DNA of 64,000 nt, taken from Eledone cirrhosa. Lineage: Eukaryota. The notes under the pieces are model-generated. The model was not told the DNA's origin. It worked only from the letters and a program-made list of their open reading frames with translations, and ran no database searches. The position numbers and the translations under genes were made by a program. The stretch is from contig OZ024748.1 of NCBI GenBank assembly GCA_964016885.1, positions 43,710,001 to 43,774,000 of the forward strand, in the 5' to 3' direction. Of this stretch, positions 51,301-64,000 are shown piece after piece; position 1 is the first letter of the stretch, and every line of letters starts with the position of its first letter.

Positions 51301-51880
51301 CTACAATTATGCCTGCTTATAATAATAATGATTTCTATTATAGGCACAAGGCCAGCAATTTGGGAGAGGGGGAAGTCGATCAAATCGACCCCAGTGTGTT
51401 ACTGGTACTTTATTTTATCGACCCCGTAAGGATGAAAGGCAAAGCTAACCTTGGTGGGATTTGAACGCAGAATGTAAAGGGTTGTAACTATGCTGCAAAA
51501 CATGTCCAATGCCCTACCGATTCTGCCAATCCACATCCCTAATAATAATAATAAGAATGGTTTCTGATTTAGGCACAAAGCCAACAATAATAATAATAAT
51601 GATATATTGAATCATTGATTTTGTAAGCTGACATAATTTGGACTTTTGCATATCTGTGTGTGTTGTAAACAGTGTGCGTGTGCGTGTGCGTGTGCGTGTG
51701 CGTGTGTGTGTTGTGTGTGTAATATATATATATATATATATATAACTGAAGTGCTTAGTATGCAGAGCTGGAAAGTTTTGTAGATTGTGTGTGTGTGTGT
51801 GTGTATATATACACACTGACAAATATATAAATACATATATATATATTATATACTCACACTGACACAAATATATCCTAAAC

Positions 51881-51923
<43 letters not shown>

Positions 51924-52661
51924 ACTAATACTTAATACAGTGTATTTACCAATAAATAGTGTCACTAAAGGAAGCAGTAATAATTTATATGGTTATTATT
52001 AATTAGTTAACAGCAAGACAACAATCAACGCAGTGAACTAATTACCAACAAACAGTAACCACAATAGTTATTTCTCTCTCTCAATATAGTAATAATAATA
52101 ATAGTAATAATAGTAATAATAATAGTAATAATAATAGTAATAATAATAGTAAGAATAATAGTAATAATAATAATAGTAATAATAATAGTAATAATAATAG
52201 TAAGAATAATAGTAATAATAATAATAGTAATAATAATAGTAATAATAATGGTAATAATAATAGTAATAATAATAATAATAATAATAGTAATCTCAAGATA
52301 TCAGCAATGGTGTATATAGAGTATATATAATACACAAATAAATAATACAACCACAACTGTGTTAACGAAATATTACATTATATTACAATAGAATACACCT
52401 GTACTAATACAATACTACTACTACTACTAGTACTAGTAGTAGTATTACTAGTAGTAGTAGTAGTAGTACAGGAGGTATGTTGTTAACTAACAAGAAATAC
52501 TTTAACAATAAGTGTGTTAACACAAATAGTGTGTTAACACAATAAGTGAGTTAACACGAGTTATAGTTATGGTATTACACAGCTATTGCCAGTATAACTG
52601 TCGAAGCATCACAGATAGTTTTTAAAAAATTTCTTTCCCTCCCCCCAACTCGCATTTATAT

Positions 52662-52742
52662 ACACGGGGTGTCCCACAAAAATGTGTACATACTTCAACA
52701 GCATCCTAATCAATGTGTTTATACATTTTGGGACACCCTGTG
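52662..52742. mobile_element. Tiny Tc1/mariner-like MITE in the presumed Spire 3' UTR
   Basis: GGGTGTCCCA...TGGGACACCC inverted ends next to TA; relatives at about 38599-38705, 48328-48432, 48640-48715. Confidence 0.65.
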
Positions 52743-52837
52743 TGTGTGTGTGTATATATATATATATTTTTTTTGTACACACATACATATATATATATAT
52801 ATATATCTCCAATCTAATGGGAATATTGCTTTTGGTT

Positions 52838-53111
52838 TTACATGGAATCAGTTGTAAAACTGACTTTAGATGATTTCTTTGTCTCAGAAATCTCATTGCT
52901 TCGTTTAACCAAAGAAATCGAAACTCTGCTGGCTTGAATGACTTCACAAACCATTTCCTTACAATCGCAACAAACGTTCATTAAAGATCCTTTCATTACT
53001 CTTGATTTTGATTCCAGAAATTTGTCCGATATGGTCTGAGACCGCTGTAGAGGTCGTCGTTTAGGAGATTTGCTGGTTTTCTTTGGTAATAAAAGCGAAC
53101 CAGTTCCACCA
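52838..53111 (-). CDS. spir: Spire homolog terminal coding exon
   Basis: ttctgtcAG acceptor, phase 2 matches the previous exon; GGTGSLLLPKK...RRPLQRSQT...LMNVCCDCKEMVCEVIQASR...TTDSM*; contains the final CxxC pair of the split FYVE; TAA at 52840-52838. Confidence 0.88.
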
Positions 53112-54140
53112 CTGACAGAAAAATAAAATAAATCATTGAATTATCAACAAAGGTTTAACCCTTTCATTCATATATTTCTAAAAAAAGATACTTCCTCTAA
53201 TTTTCAAATCATTTTGAAAATAAATCTGTAAGGATTTACTCATAACTAACTTTATTTAAATAAGCTGGTGTTTGGAGCATGTAAAATTTCTTTAAAATAT
53301 GAGGGAAATGTTTTAAATATATATTAAGACTTTAAAATAGTTTTGAATCATAGAATCAGGGCCAGTTTTAGGTAATTTGCATACAAAATGGATAAAAACA
53401 AACCTACTTTTAATGAAATCTTTAATTACAGAATATAAGCTGACCCCTATTTTATGTCTGAGAAACAGGCAAAAATCTAAAGGGGTCTTGTAAATTCCCA
53501 CAAGTGGAGAATATTTTTATGAAGTTTTAATAATTTGATATCTAAAATCTTATGAAGTGTTGTCTTTGGTGTAGTTTTTGTTTCACAAACCATTGCATAA
53601 TGATTTTAAAATGTTTTTGTTTTTTACCATTTCATGTGTTTTATAAAGTTTTAACAGGTTTCTGTTTATTTCCTTTTAGCAGATAACCACCGCACCAACT
53701 TCCATATGTAACAGGTTTTTATTTAACATTACAAATCAAATGAAATGTGTGTTAAAACATTTGACAACCATTTAATGTCCAACAAGTGGATCTGTTTTTT
53801 CCCTAGTTTATAATTCTGTTGGGTCATAGTTGACCTAGGCTAGACAACAAAATCACTTGTAAACATTTATGGTACTTAGATATAAACATTTGAGCTACTT
53901 TAAGCATCCTGTTTCACTTTAACTCATTGAAAATGAAAATACGCAGCAAGCTTACTGTTATTTCAAGTAGTCACCAACCAGCTATGCTGAACTATTACAG
54001 TCGTACAGTTTTACAATATATATATATTTCTGTACTCCTCATGACGAGCTAATGCCCGACACGTCAAACTTACTTTTCCCTTTTCCATATAAAGCATGAA
54101 ACTAATAAGACTCTTTGTACCTCTGTTTGTTGTTTCCTTG

Positions 54141-54179
<39 letters not shown>

Positions 54180-54646
54180 GAAATGGCATCAAGCTGTAGA
54201 AACCTTGCCAAAGAAAGAGTTGAGAAGACCCGTCTTGTGTCAAAAATAAGGCAATATCTCCTGTGCACTCAATAGAATGTATAACAGTACGTAAGCTAAG
54301 TGAGATGCAGACACACACACACACCAACAACCTGTCTAGGAGGTCAGTAGCCCCACTTTGGTACTGTCTTGGTCTATGTAGGTCCATTCATCTCTTGTTA
54401 GCAGGGTAAAATAGACATTAACCCGTTAGCATTTACATTACTCTATATATACTATTGTATTTCCATGTTAAAGGCTTTATCTCACATAATATCAAATCTA
54501 TGAGATTTTGGTATTTATTTTGACAACAATACCTTAACATAAGTATGTGTGGCCAGTCACAGCCGGTTTGAGTAGAAAGAAGTGAGATAATTCTGGCCGG
54601 ATACAGCTGGGTTAAACGATAATGATGATATATGTATATATTTTAC

Positions 54647-54753
54647 CTGGAGAATATATTTGTAGTTTGAGATTGTTCAGTTGGTGATATTGGTGGAGAA
54701 GGACTTAGTGTGTAGACTGGAATTCTATTGAAATGTTCTGCAGGAACATACAT
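54647..54753 (-). CDS. spir: Spire homolog exon (FYVE loop insertion)
   Basis: 107 bp, phase 0/2, cacAG...GTaaaa; MYVPAEHFNRIPVYTLSPSPPISPTEQSQTTNIFS resembles the Spire MxxPxxxFxxIPVYTLSP segment. Confidence 0.88.
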
Positions 54754-55480
54754 CTGTGTTGTGGTTGAAAGAAGAGAGATAATTAGGATTGAATGAAAGA
54801 GAAAGAAAATGGCATAAAAAATAATGGAATCGAAGAATAATTTGATATATTGAGTAGGGCCAGAAACTGAGGAAGTTAATAAATTGACATAATAATATAT
54901 ACTGGTTTCTGATTAAGGCACAAGGCCAGCAATTTTGACCCCAGTGCGTGACAGGTGCTTTATTTTATCGACACGGTAAGGAAGAAAGGCAAAGCTAACC
55001 TTGGCGAGATTTGAAATCAGACTGTAATTAGCCATAACTCTATGCTGTGAAGCAGGGTGTTCGACGCTCTACCGATTCTGCCAATCCATAATAGTTTCTG
55101 ATTAAAGCACAAGGCCAGCAATTTTGGAGGAGGGGAAAGTTGATTAAATCGACGCCAGTGCATTACTGGTACTTTATTTTATCAGCAAAAGCTAACCTCT
55201 AAGGGATTTGAACTCAGAATGTAACTATATACTGCAAAGCATATTGTCCAACACGCTACTGATACAGTTAATCCATCGCCCTAATAATAACAATAAGGGC
55301 TTCCAGTTTAAGCACAAGTCCAGCAATTCTCTGAGATGAGGATGAGTTGACTATATTGACCTCAGTATATAACTGGTACTTTATTTTGTCAAACCCCAGA
55401 AGGATGAAACACAGAATTGACCTTATTGGGATTTAAACTCAATACATTAGCAACCTATATAGGTGATTCATATATTGTTT

Positions 55481-56080
55481 CCACCACCACCACCACTACA
55501 AAGACCCCACCACCGCCACCACCCCCACCACCACCACAAAGACCCCACCACCACCACTACAAAGACCCCACCACCACCACAAAGACCCCACCACCACCAC
55601 TACAAAGACCCCACCACCACCACAAAGACCCCACCACCACCACCACAAAGACCCCACCACAACCACCACAAAGACCCCACCACCAGCACCACCACTACAA
55701 AGACCCCACCACCAGCACCACCACTGCAAAGACCCCACCACCAGCACCACCACTGCAAAGACCCCACCACCACCACTGCAAAGACCCCACCACCACTACA
55801 AAGACCCTACCACCACCACCACTACAAAGACCCCACCACCACCACCAAAGACCCCACCACAACCACTACAAAGACCCCACCACCACAACCACTACAAAGA
55901 CCCCACCACCACAACCACTACAAAGACCCCACCACCACTACAAAGACCATACCACCACCACAACAAAGATCCTACCACCACCACCACCACAAAGACCCCA
56001 CCACCACCACCACCACAAAGACCCCACCACCACTACGAAGACCCCACCGCCACAAAGACACCTCTGCCACCCCCGCCACC
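55481..56080. repeat. Compound (CAC)n + AAAGACCC minisatellite
   Basis: AAAGACCC punctuating variable CAC/TAC runs. Confidence 0.9.
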
Positions 56081-56145
56081 ACAATAAATATGAGGTGTTG
56101 TACCTATATATATATAATTCCAGTTAATAATAAGAAACAACTAAC

Positions 56146-56247
56146 CTTGCGAATACATTTATTGCAGACAACCCTCCTACAGAACTGACAATTGTTCCCC
56201 CACTGGCTGAATAGACTAAATTTCACAGATTTGCAAGAGAAACACAC
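56146..56247 (-). CDS. spir: Spire homolog exon (modified FYVE zinc finger, first part)
   Basis: 102 bp, phase 0/0, tttcAG...GTtag; VCFSCKSVKFSLFSQWGNNCQFCRRVVCNKCIRK resembles Spire [33 protein letters not shown]; not in the ORF track. Confidence 0.93.
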
Positions 56248-56450
56248 CTGAAACAAGATAAATTAACAGAAATATCAATATTTATTATAAAACAATATAA
56301 TCAATAAAACAATATAATCAATTCTATATGCTTTTCAAAATAAAGTCTGAGTCATAAGTAACCAGGCAGTCGATATATCTTTATTACAAAGTTCACTAAC
56401 TTTAAACATCCACTTCAAAATATATTGAGGAACAAGGTCAGATTTTTTAA

Positions 56451-57759
56451 CACTTACTTTAGCATATATATTACATAATAGTAATATATACTATTGTATT
56501 GTCACAGTAAAGACTTTACCTCACATACCATTTACATTACTCCATATATACTATTGTATTGTCACAGTAAAGACTTTACCTCACATACCATTTACATTAC
56601 TCCATATATACTATTGTATTGTCTCAGTAAAGACTTTACCTCACATAATATCTCGCATAACATTTACATTACTCTATATATACTATTGTATTGTCATAGT
56701 AAAGACTTTACCTCACATAACATCTCATAACATTTACATTACTCTATATATACTATTGTATTTTCACAGTAAAGGCTTTACCTCACATAATATCTCATAA
56801 CATTTACATTACTCTATATATACTATTGTATTGTCACAGTAAAGGCTTTACCTCACATAATATCTCACATAACATTTACATTACTCTATATATACTATTG
56901 TATTTTCACAGTAAAGGCTTTACCTCACATAATATCTCATAACATTTACATTACTCTATATATACTATTGTATTTTCACACTAAAGGCTTTACCTCACAT
57001 AATATCTCACATAACATTTACATTACTCTATATATACTATTATATTTTCACAGTAATAAAGACTTTACCTCACATAATATCTCATAACATTTACATTACT
57101 CTATATATACTATTGTATTGTCACAGTAAAGGCTTTACCTCACATAATATCTCACATAACATTTACATTACTCTATATATACTATTGTATTTTCACAGTA
57201 AAGGCTTTACCTCACATAATATCTCATAACATTTACATTACTCTATATATACTATTGTATTTTCACAGTAAAGGCTTTACCTCACATAATATCTCATAAC
57301 ATTTACATTACTCTATATATACTATTGTATTTTCACAGTAAAGATTTTACCTCGCATAACATTTACATTACTCTATATATACTATTGTATTTTCACAGTA
57401 AAGATTTTACCTCGCATAACATTTACATTACTCTATATATACTATTGTATTGTCACAGTAAAGACTTTACCTCACATATCTCACATAACATTTACATTAC
57501 TCTATATATACTATTGTATTGTCACAGTAAAGGCTTTACCTCACATAACATTTACATTACTCCATATATACTATTGTATTTTCATGGTAAAGGCTTTACC
57601 TCACATAATTTTCACACATATTATCGAATCTATGAAATTTTGATCTCATTTACTTTGAGAACAATACCTTAACATCAGCATGAGCAGCTGGTTACAGCCA
57701 GTTTGAACTAAAAGGTGAGAGAATTCTGGCCAGATATGGCCAGTTTAAATGCTAAAGGG
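56451..57759. repeat. 60-72-bp tandem array (about 16 units) inside a piggyBac-type MITE, Spire intron
   Basis: Same unit as 24245-25522; bounded by TTAA and the right TIR. Confidence 0.9.
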
Positions 57760-57819
57760 TTAATTATATTTGTTTAACTACTTTTGCTTGATATATCTAT
57801 AATTTCACAATGTATGGTC

Positions 57820-58378
57820 AGAATGTATGGCCACAGTGTACGGCCAGAATGTATGACCACAGTGTATAGTCACAGTATACAGTCAGAATATATGGCCACA
57901 GTGTATGACCACAACGTACGGCCACATTGTATGACCACAATGTACGGCCACATTGTATGACCACAACGTACGACCACATTGTATGACCACATTGTATGAC
58001 CACATTGTATGACCACAACGTACGGCCACATTGTATGACCACAACGTACGGCCACATTGTATGACCACAACGTACGGCCACATTGTATGACCACAACGTA
58101 CGGCCACATTGTATGACCACAACGTACGGCCACATTGTATGACCACAACGTACGGCCACATTGTATGACCACAACGTACGGCCACATTGTATGACCACAA
58201 CGTACGGCCACATTGTATGACCACAACGTACGGCCACATTGTATGACCACAACGTACGGCCACATTGTATGACCACAACGTACGGCCACATTGTATGACC
58301 ACAACGTACGGCCACATTGTATGACCACAACGTACGGCCACATTGTATGACCACAACGTACGGCCACATTGTATGACC
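57820..58378. repeat. 26-bp minisatellite (dimer of 13-mers)
   Basis: (GTATGACCACAACGTACGGCCACATT)n, nearly perfect for more than 14 units. Confidence 0.95.
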
Positions 58379-58909
58379 GGTTACTTATGACGCAGTATAT
58401 TGTTTGAATTAAATATATCTTATTCTTTTACTTCTTTCAGCTATTAGACTGGCCATGCTGGAGCATTACCTTTAACTCTTAATGTCCTGTACCACATCAA
58501 ATCACATTAACAAGACATACTTGGAAAGTATAAATACAACAGTAATGACTGCATCACCTTAACAATTGAAGTCATGTCTCTAATTTACTATAAATTTTCC
58601 CAACAATCTCTCCACAAATAAAGACACTAAACATTTGAATTAATGAACCTGTTTTTAAATGTTTTCTATTAAATCATGAGAGGATGTTAAAAGTTATAAG
58701 ATTTAGTCAATCATATTGATCTCAGTTCTTAACATATATACTCAAATCTGTGATAAGAAATTTTTTTTAAATCAATGGTAGAAGGGGATGAGGGGGGTGC
58801 TTATATTTGGGGTGAATGCTTTCATGATTTTCACCAACTTCAAATTCTACTTAAATAAGGTTTGAATTTTTTATCATTTCTCAAACATAAAATAGTGAAG
58901 GGTCAGCTT

Positions 58910-59862
58910 ATAATAATAATAATGAAATTATTATGTACAGTGCTCAGGTGCACTACAACTCAAAGGTGCATGTACAAATGTACAAATGTCAGGAAAATGA
59001 ACAGTGTACAAGTCATGATATATATGTGTGCATGTGTATGGAGGGGGGACATCAGGTGTAGTGTAGGCAAATCTCAGGAAGCATGGAGGTTTTAAAGGAT
59101 GCAGTGTCTCGACAGCTAACAACTGATGCAGGTAGTTTGTTCCATGAAGGTTTTAAAGGATGCAGTGTCTCGACAGCTAACAACTGATGCAGGTAGTTTG
59201 TTCCATGAAGGTTTTAAAGGATGCAGTGTCTCGACAGCTAACAACTGATGCAGGTAGTTTGTTCCATGGAGGTTTTAAAAGATGCAGTGTCTCAGTGTCT
59301 CGACAGCTAACAACTGATGCAGGTAGTTTGTTCCATGGAGGTTTTAAAGGATGCAGTGTCCAGGCAGCTAACAACTGATGCAGGTAGTTTTTTCCATGGA
59401 GGTTTTAAAGGATGCAGTGTCTCGACAGCTAACAACTGATGCAGGTAGTTTTTTCCATGGAGGTTTTAAAGGATGCAGTGTCTCGGCAGCTAACAACTGA
59501 TGCAGGTAGTTTGTTCCATGGAGGTTTTAAAGGATGCAGTGTCCAGGCAGCTAACAACTGATGCAGGTAGTTTTTTCCATGGAGGTTTTAAAGGATGCAG
59601 TGTCTCGACAGCTAACAACTGATGCAGGTAGTTTTTTCCATGGAGGTTTTAAAGGATGCAGTGTCTCGACAGCTAACAACTGATGCAGGTAGTTTGTTCC
59701 ATGGAGGTTTTATAGGATGCAGTGTCTCGACAGTTAACAAGTGATGCAGGTAGTTTGTTCCATGTTTCAGCAACTCAGAATGAAAAAAAGTTTCTGAAAG
59801 TCAAGGGAGCTGTGCTGTTTTCTGACTTTGTAGGCATGTCCATGTGTGTTAGACACATGGAA
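58910..59862 (-). mobile_element. CR1 3' fragment containing an expanded 61-bp tandem array
   Basis: Flanks match 7215-7480 in reverse; internal unit corresponds to about 7313-7373. Confidence 0.85.
59087..59764. repeat. 61-bp tandem repeat, about 11 units, CR1-derived
   Basis: Unit AGGTTTTAAAGGATGCAGTGTCTCGACAGCTAACAACTGATGCAGGTAGTTTGTTCCATGG. Confidence 0.95.
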
Positions 59863-59979
59863 TTCTATTCAAGTATATACAGTAATTGAAAATTACTGGC
59901 ATTGTTTTTCATTAGGAATATGGAAAAGAAAGGGTTAATGAAGAGGTGATAGGTGTAAATGACGTGAGCAATAGTTTAC

Positions 59980-60117
59980 CTTTCCACGAGAAACCAGGTC
60001 ATAGAGGTTAGGCTCTATAAGCAAGGATTCCAACTCTGCTTTAGTCAACACCTGTCTGATATGCATCACTTCATCCAGAGTCAAAGACAGACATTCTATT
60101 GGGTTCTGCCACTTTTT
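59980..60117 (-). CDS. spir: Spire homolog, internal coding exon (Spir-box/start of FYVE-type region)
   Basis: 138 bp, phase 0/0, ttttcAG acceptor and GTaaac donor; encodes KKWQNPIECLSLTLDEVMHIRQVLTKAELESLLIEPNLYDLVSRGK, matching the Spir-box ECLSLTxEEVMHIRQVLxKAELE of Spire proteins. Confidence 0.93.
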
Positions 60118-60146
60118 CTGAAAACAAAACAAATCAAAGTGAAAAT

Positions 60147-60286
<140 letters not shown>

Positions 60287-60359
60287 CATATATATACATA
60301 TATACACATACATATATACACATATACACATATATATGTGTGTATATATATATATATAT

Positions 60360-61890
60360 CATCATCATCATCATCATCACCGTTTTACGTCCGTTCTTCC
60401 ACGCTAGCATGGGTTAGACGGGTTGTCCTGTTGTGGACAGTGTCTGGTCGGCTGACCATGCCTTGCTCATACAGGAACTGATCTGGCTTGATTTCTACAG
60501 CCGGATGCCCTTCCTAACACCAACCTCATTTACAGTGAGTGCTGGGTGCTTTTTCGTGGCGCCTACACGTCCACTTTACAGTGTGGGCTGGGTGCTTTTT
60601 TGCCGTGGCACCTCCACGACCACCTTGCGGTGGGGGGGGGGGGGGCATATTGTTTATATGCTTCAGCTTGTACCCATGGGAGGTCGGGTACCCTGTATTA
60701 CTGCGTGACGCCAGAAGTCACGGTCGTGTGTCATTGACTTTGAGAGGTGTAGTTGGGTAAGGTCGGCTTTTATCACCTCATCCCAAGTCATCTTGGGTCT
60801 CCCCACTCCGCGGTTTCCATCAACTTCTAGTGCTCTGCACCTTTTTATGCAGCTGTCATCCTTCATACGCATCACATGTCCATACCAGCGTAACCGCCTC
60901 TCCTGCACGCAGCATTTGATTCCTCTTATGCTCAGTCTCTCTCTCAATTCCTTTATGCTTTGTCGTTCACGTATATTACTGTTACACATCCATCGGAGCA
61001 TGCAGGCTTCGTTTCTCTCTAATCTACGTAAGTCTTCCACCTTCAGCGCCCAGGTCTCACTACCATGCAACATCGCTGTTCGGATACACGCATCATACAG
61101 TCTGCCTTTCATTCTGAGGGAGAAGCCTTTTGCAGCTAGCAGTGGTAGTAGTTCCCTAAACTTCTTCCATCCCGTTCTTACCCTAGTTATTGTACTTTCT
61201 GAGCACCCACCTCCGTTGCTAATTCGGTCACCTAGGTAGCAGAAGCTGTCTACTGTTTCTACAGGGCCCTCCAAGAGATTGGTGGTACTTGTTTCCTGTG
61301 GCTGTTTGCTTGCTGTTTCAGCACAGCTGCTGCATGTGAATCCTACATTCTTAATTAAGCTTCCTGAGATCCCGCTACATCTCTTGTGTACCCATTGTTT
61401 GCATTTGGGGCAGAGAATGGAGTTCCTACCTACACCTTTCCTACATACTGAGCAAGGCCATTTCCCTGAGGGGATCTGGGTTCTGTTTTCTCGTCTACTT
61501 ATAAGGACCTTAGTCTTTGTCATGTTGACTTTGAGGCCCTTTCTCTCTAGTCCCTGCTTCCAGGTTTGGAATTTATTCTCTAGTTCTACCATAGATTCAG
61601 CTATGAGTGCGAGGTCATCAGCATACAGGAGTTCCCATGGGCATCCGGTCTTAAACTCCTCCGTTATTGCCTGCAAGACTATGATGAACAGGAGAGGGCT
61701 AAGAACAGAGCCCTGGTGGACCCCAACCTGTACGCTAAATTCCTCGCTATACTCATTGCTAATCCTAACTTTGCTGACTGCTCCCCTATACATGGCTTGT
61801 ACCGCTTTCACAAGCCATTCATCTACTCCTAGTTTTCTAAGAGCCCACCAGATTACTGTCAAAGGCTTTCTCAAGGTCGACAAATGCCAA
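60360..61890 (-). mobile_element. 5'-truncated RTE LINE with Cys-rich PHD-like insert, (GAT)n tail; probably in a Spire intron
   Basis: AFVDLEKAFD, GVHQGSVLSPLLF, LLYADDL, CSVC..CPKCKQWVHKRC..CSSC, FCYLG, RLRWYGHVMR, GRPKMTW. Confidence 0.9.
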
Positions 61891-61924
<34 letters not shown>

Positions 61925-62587
61925 GTGTGTGTGTGTGTGTGTGTGTTTATATATAAGTATAGAAGGAATTTGTAGTTTACTTGAAGCATTGTATATGATA
62001 TATAGAATTCAAAGTTGGAAAGCCACGACATTGCAGGTTTGGACAGAGAAAAATCAAAAAAGAACCCTACTTTTTGTACCTTTTGTGTTTTGATTGTTTC
62101 CCTGTCCAAACCTTCATTGTCGGGGCTTTCCAAATTATATATATAGATCCCCGAGTTGTGTTTGGAGGGTGCACAGTTAAAAAAGGTACTCAATAGAGTA
62201 TAGGCATCTTTATTATATATAGAAATGACTTCTACAAGACTAGAACTGTTTCATTTGTGATGATTCCTGATGATTTCATATAAATGAAACAGCTCTAGTC
62301 GTTAGATTTCTATCTCTCACTCTCTCTCTAAAATATATATATATTATTATTATAATAGTAATAATAATAAATGTGAAGAGTAAAATCCAAAGAGGGCTCA
62401 ATAAGGATAAATATATATCAAATATATAAGAACCCTAGAGCAAATATTTATTAAAATAACACATTAAAGTTTAAGCAAAGAATCACTGCTTTCACCCTTC
62501 AGAAGATCACGTTAAGGGTGAAAGCAGTGATTCTTTGCTTAAACTTTAATCTGTTATTTTAATAAATATATATAATTATATATATAT

Positions 62588-63615
62588 CATCATCATCATC
62601 ATCATTGTTTAACCTCTATCTTCCACGCTAGCATTGGTTTGGACGGGAATTTTCCCACTTGAGGCAAGATTGGTTGTCTTGCTCGTAGAGGACTGTCTGG
62701 CGGGTTTTCTACGGCTGGATGCCCTTCCTAACACCAACCACGTTTACAGTGTGGAACTGGGAGGTTTTTACCGTGTTACCTACACGGCCACATTACAGCG
62801 TGTACTGTGTTTTTTTGTCGTGACACCTACACAACCTCATTTGTTTCGAACTGGATGTCGTGGTACCAACATAACTTTACATTGAAAGGGGTGGTGCGGA
62901 TGGGGTGGGGGTAGTGGGACGGGGTGTATTTTTGTTAGAGGTGCCTACTGACTGTAGGTTTCGCTTTGTACTTAGGCAAGGCGGGTCTTCTGTATTACTA
63001 CGTAGCGCCAAAGATCTCGGTCCAGTGACATTGTCTTGGAGAGGTGTAAGTGTGTGAGGTCGGAATTTATCAAGTCGTCCCAGGTTTTTCTGGGTCTGCC
63101 TACTCCGTGGCTACCGTCTATTTTTATCGCCCTGCACTTTTTTATACAGCTGTCGTCTTTCATGCGCATCACGTGACCATACCAATGTAGTCTTCTCTCG
63201 AGTAAACAGCATCTGAGCCCTCTTATTCCTAATTTCTCACTTAGTTCGTTTATGCTTTGCCTTTCACGTATATTACTATTACACATCCAGCGGAGCATGC
63301 AAGCTTCGTTCCTCTCCAGTCTGCGTATATCCTCTGCACACAATGCCCAGGTCTCACTGCCATGTAACATTGCTGTTCGTATGCAGGCATCATACAGCCT
63401 GCCTTTCATTTTTAGAGAGAACCCTTTAGCGGCCAATAGTGGTATAAGCTCTCTGAACTTTTTCTATCCCGGTCTGACTCTAGCTACTGTACTTTCAGAG
63501 CACCCTCCCCCACTGCTGATTTTGTCACCCAGGTAACGGAAGGTGTCCACTATTTCTATAGAACCATCTGTGCAATGGAATGAGCTAGTATTCTGTGGGC
63601 ACTTGCTGCTACTTA
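62588..63615 (-). mobile_element. 5'-truncated RTE LINE of a related family
   Basis: ORF 62972-63436 (AMLHGSETW, RLHWYGHVMR, GRPRKTW); shared 3' UTR and (GAT)n tail. Confidence 0.88.
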
Positions 63616-63659
63616 TTGCATATATATATATAATTTTATATATATAATTATATATATAT

Positions 63660-63713
<54 letters not shown>

Positions 63714-64000
63714 ATTCACTCCTTTCAATAGTTACAGTCATTAGACTCACCCAGGCCTTGAAAGTTTATCTATTTTTACTTAGCCATATCAACTCCAGTA
63801 CGCATATTTTTTTCAAGTTTGACATTTATTTTATCAAACAATTATTATTAAATCACAAAGTTGCAGGACCTAAAAAAGACACACATACATGCATGTGTAA
63901 GGCTTCCACACAGTTTCCATCTGTCAAAAATTCACTGACCAGGCACTGGTGAAGTTAAGGTTACAGCAGAAACCATGTGCCTAAAACACAGTTGGACTAA

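Noticed and set aside
49000-52837. Defined Spire 3' UTR end / poly(A) site
   Set aside because: TE-poor AT-rich stretch is compatible with a long UTR, but several AATAAA-like signals exist and none can be chosen without transcript data
54035-54068. Hammerhead relic CTCATGA cgagc taat gccc GACACGTC
   Set aside because: Counted only as a decayed copy: two catalytic-core substitutions, not listed as functional
55417-56188. Mucin-like KDPTTTT ORFs
   Set aside because: Compound minisatellite, antisense within a Spire intron
57818-58369. CRISPR-like array or repeat protein
   Set aside because: Units are contiguous with no unique spacers; eukaryotic context, no cas genes
61980-62193. Possible extra Spire exon (ORF 61837-62193 with a CAA|GTAAAC donor-like site)
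   Set aside because: No resemblance to Spire, and the sequence is largely an inverted repeat typical of the fold-back elements

Overview
AT-rich, microsatellite-dense animal genomic DNA whose repeat content (Nin- and CORE-type tRNA-SINEs, abundant RTE LINEs, Penelope remnants) fits an octopod cephalopod best. Two host genes are supported, both on the minus strand: the last four coding exons of an actin-nucleator Spire gene (60117->52838, canonical GT-AG sites, phases consistent) and an intronless 190-aa signal-peptide ORF with a carbohydrate-binding-module-like signature (30217-30789). The rest is nested mobile DNA: an L1/Tx1 LINE with both ends and an 18-bp TSD, a decayed R4/Dong-like LINE interrupted by a non-coding LTR element (tRNA-Trp PBS), solo LTRs with TGTAGC...GTTATA ends, RTE, CR1 and CRE fragments, hAT/piggyBac/Tc1 MITEs, and satellites derived from TE sub-sequences. 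The most striking unannotated signal is about 18 type-I hammerhead ribozyme motifs (intact to decayed, including a compensated U3-A8 core variant). They sit in short non-coding elements between (TA)n tracts, very often inside or beside long fold-back hairpins, next to Penelope GIY-YIG remnants. Most ORFs in the supplied track are microsatellite or antisense-TE artefacts. All calls are from reading the sequence by eye; no folding or database searches were run.
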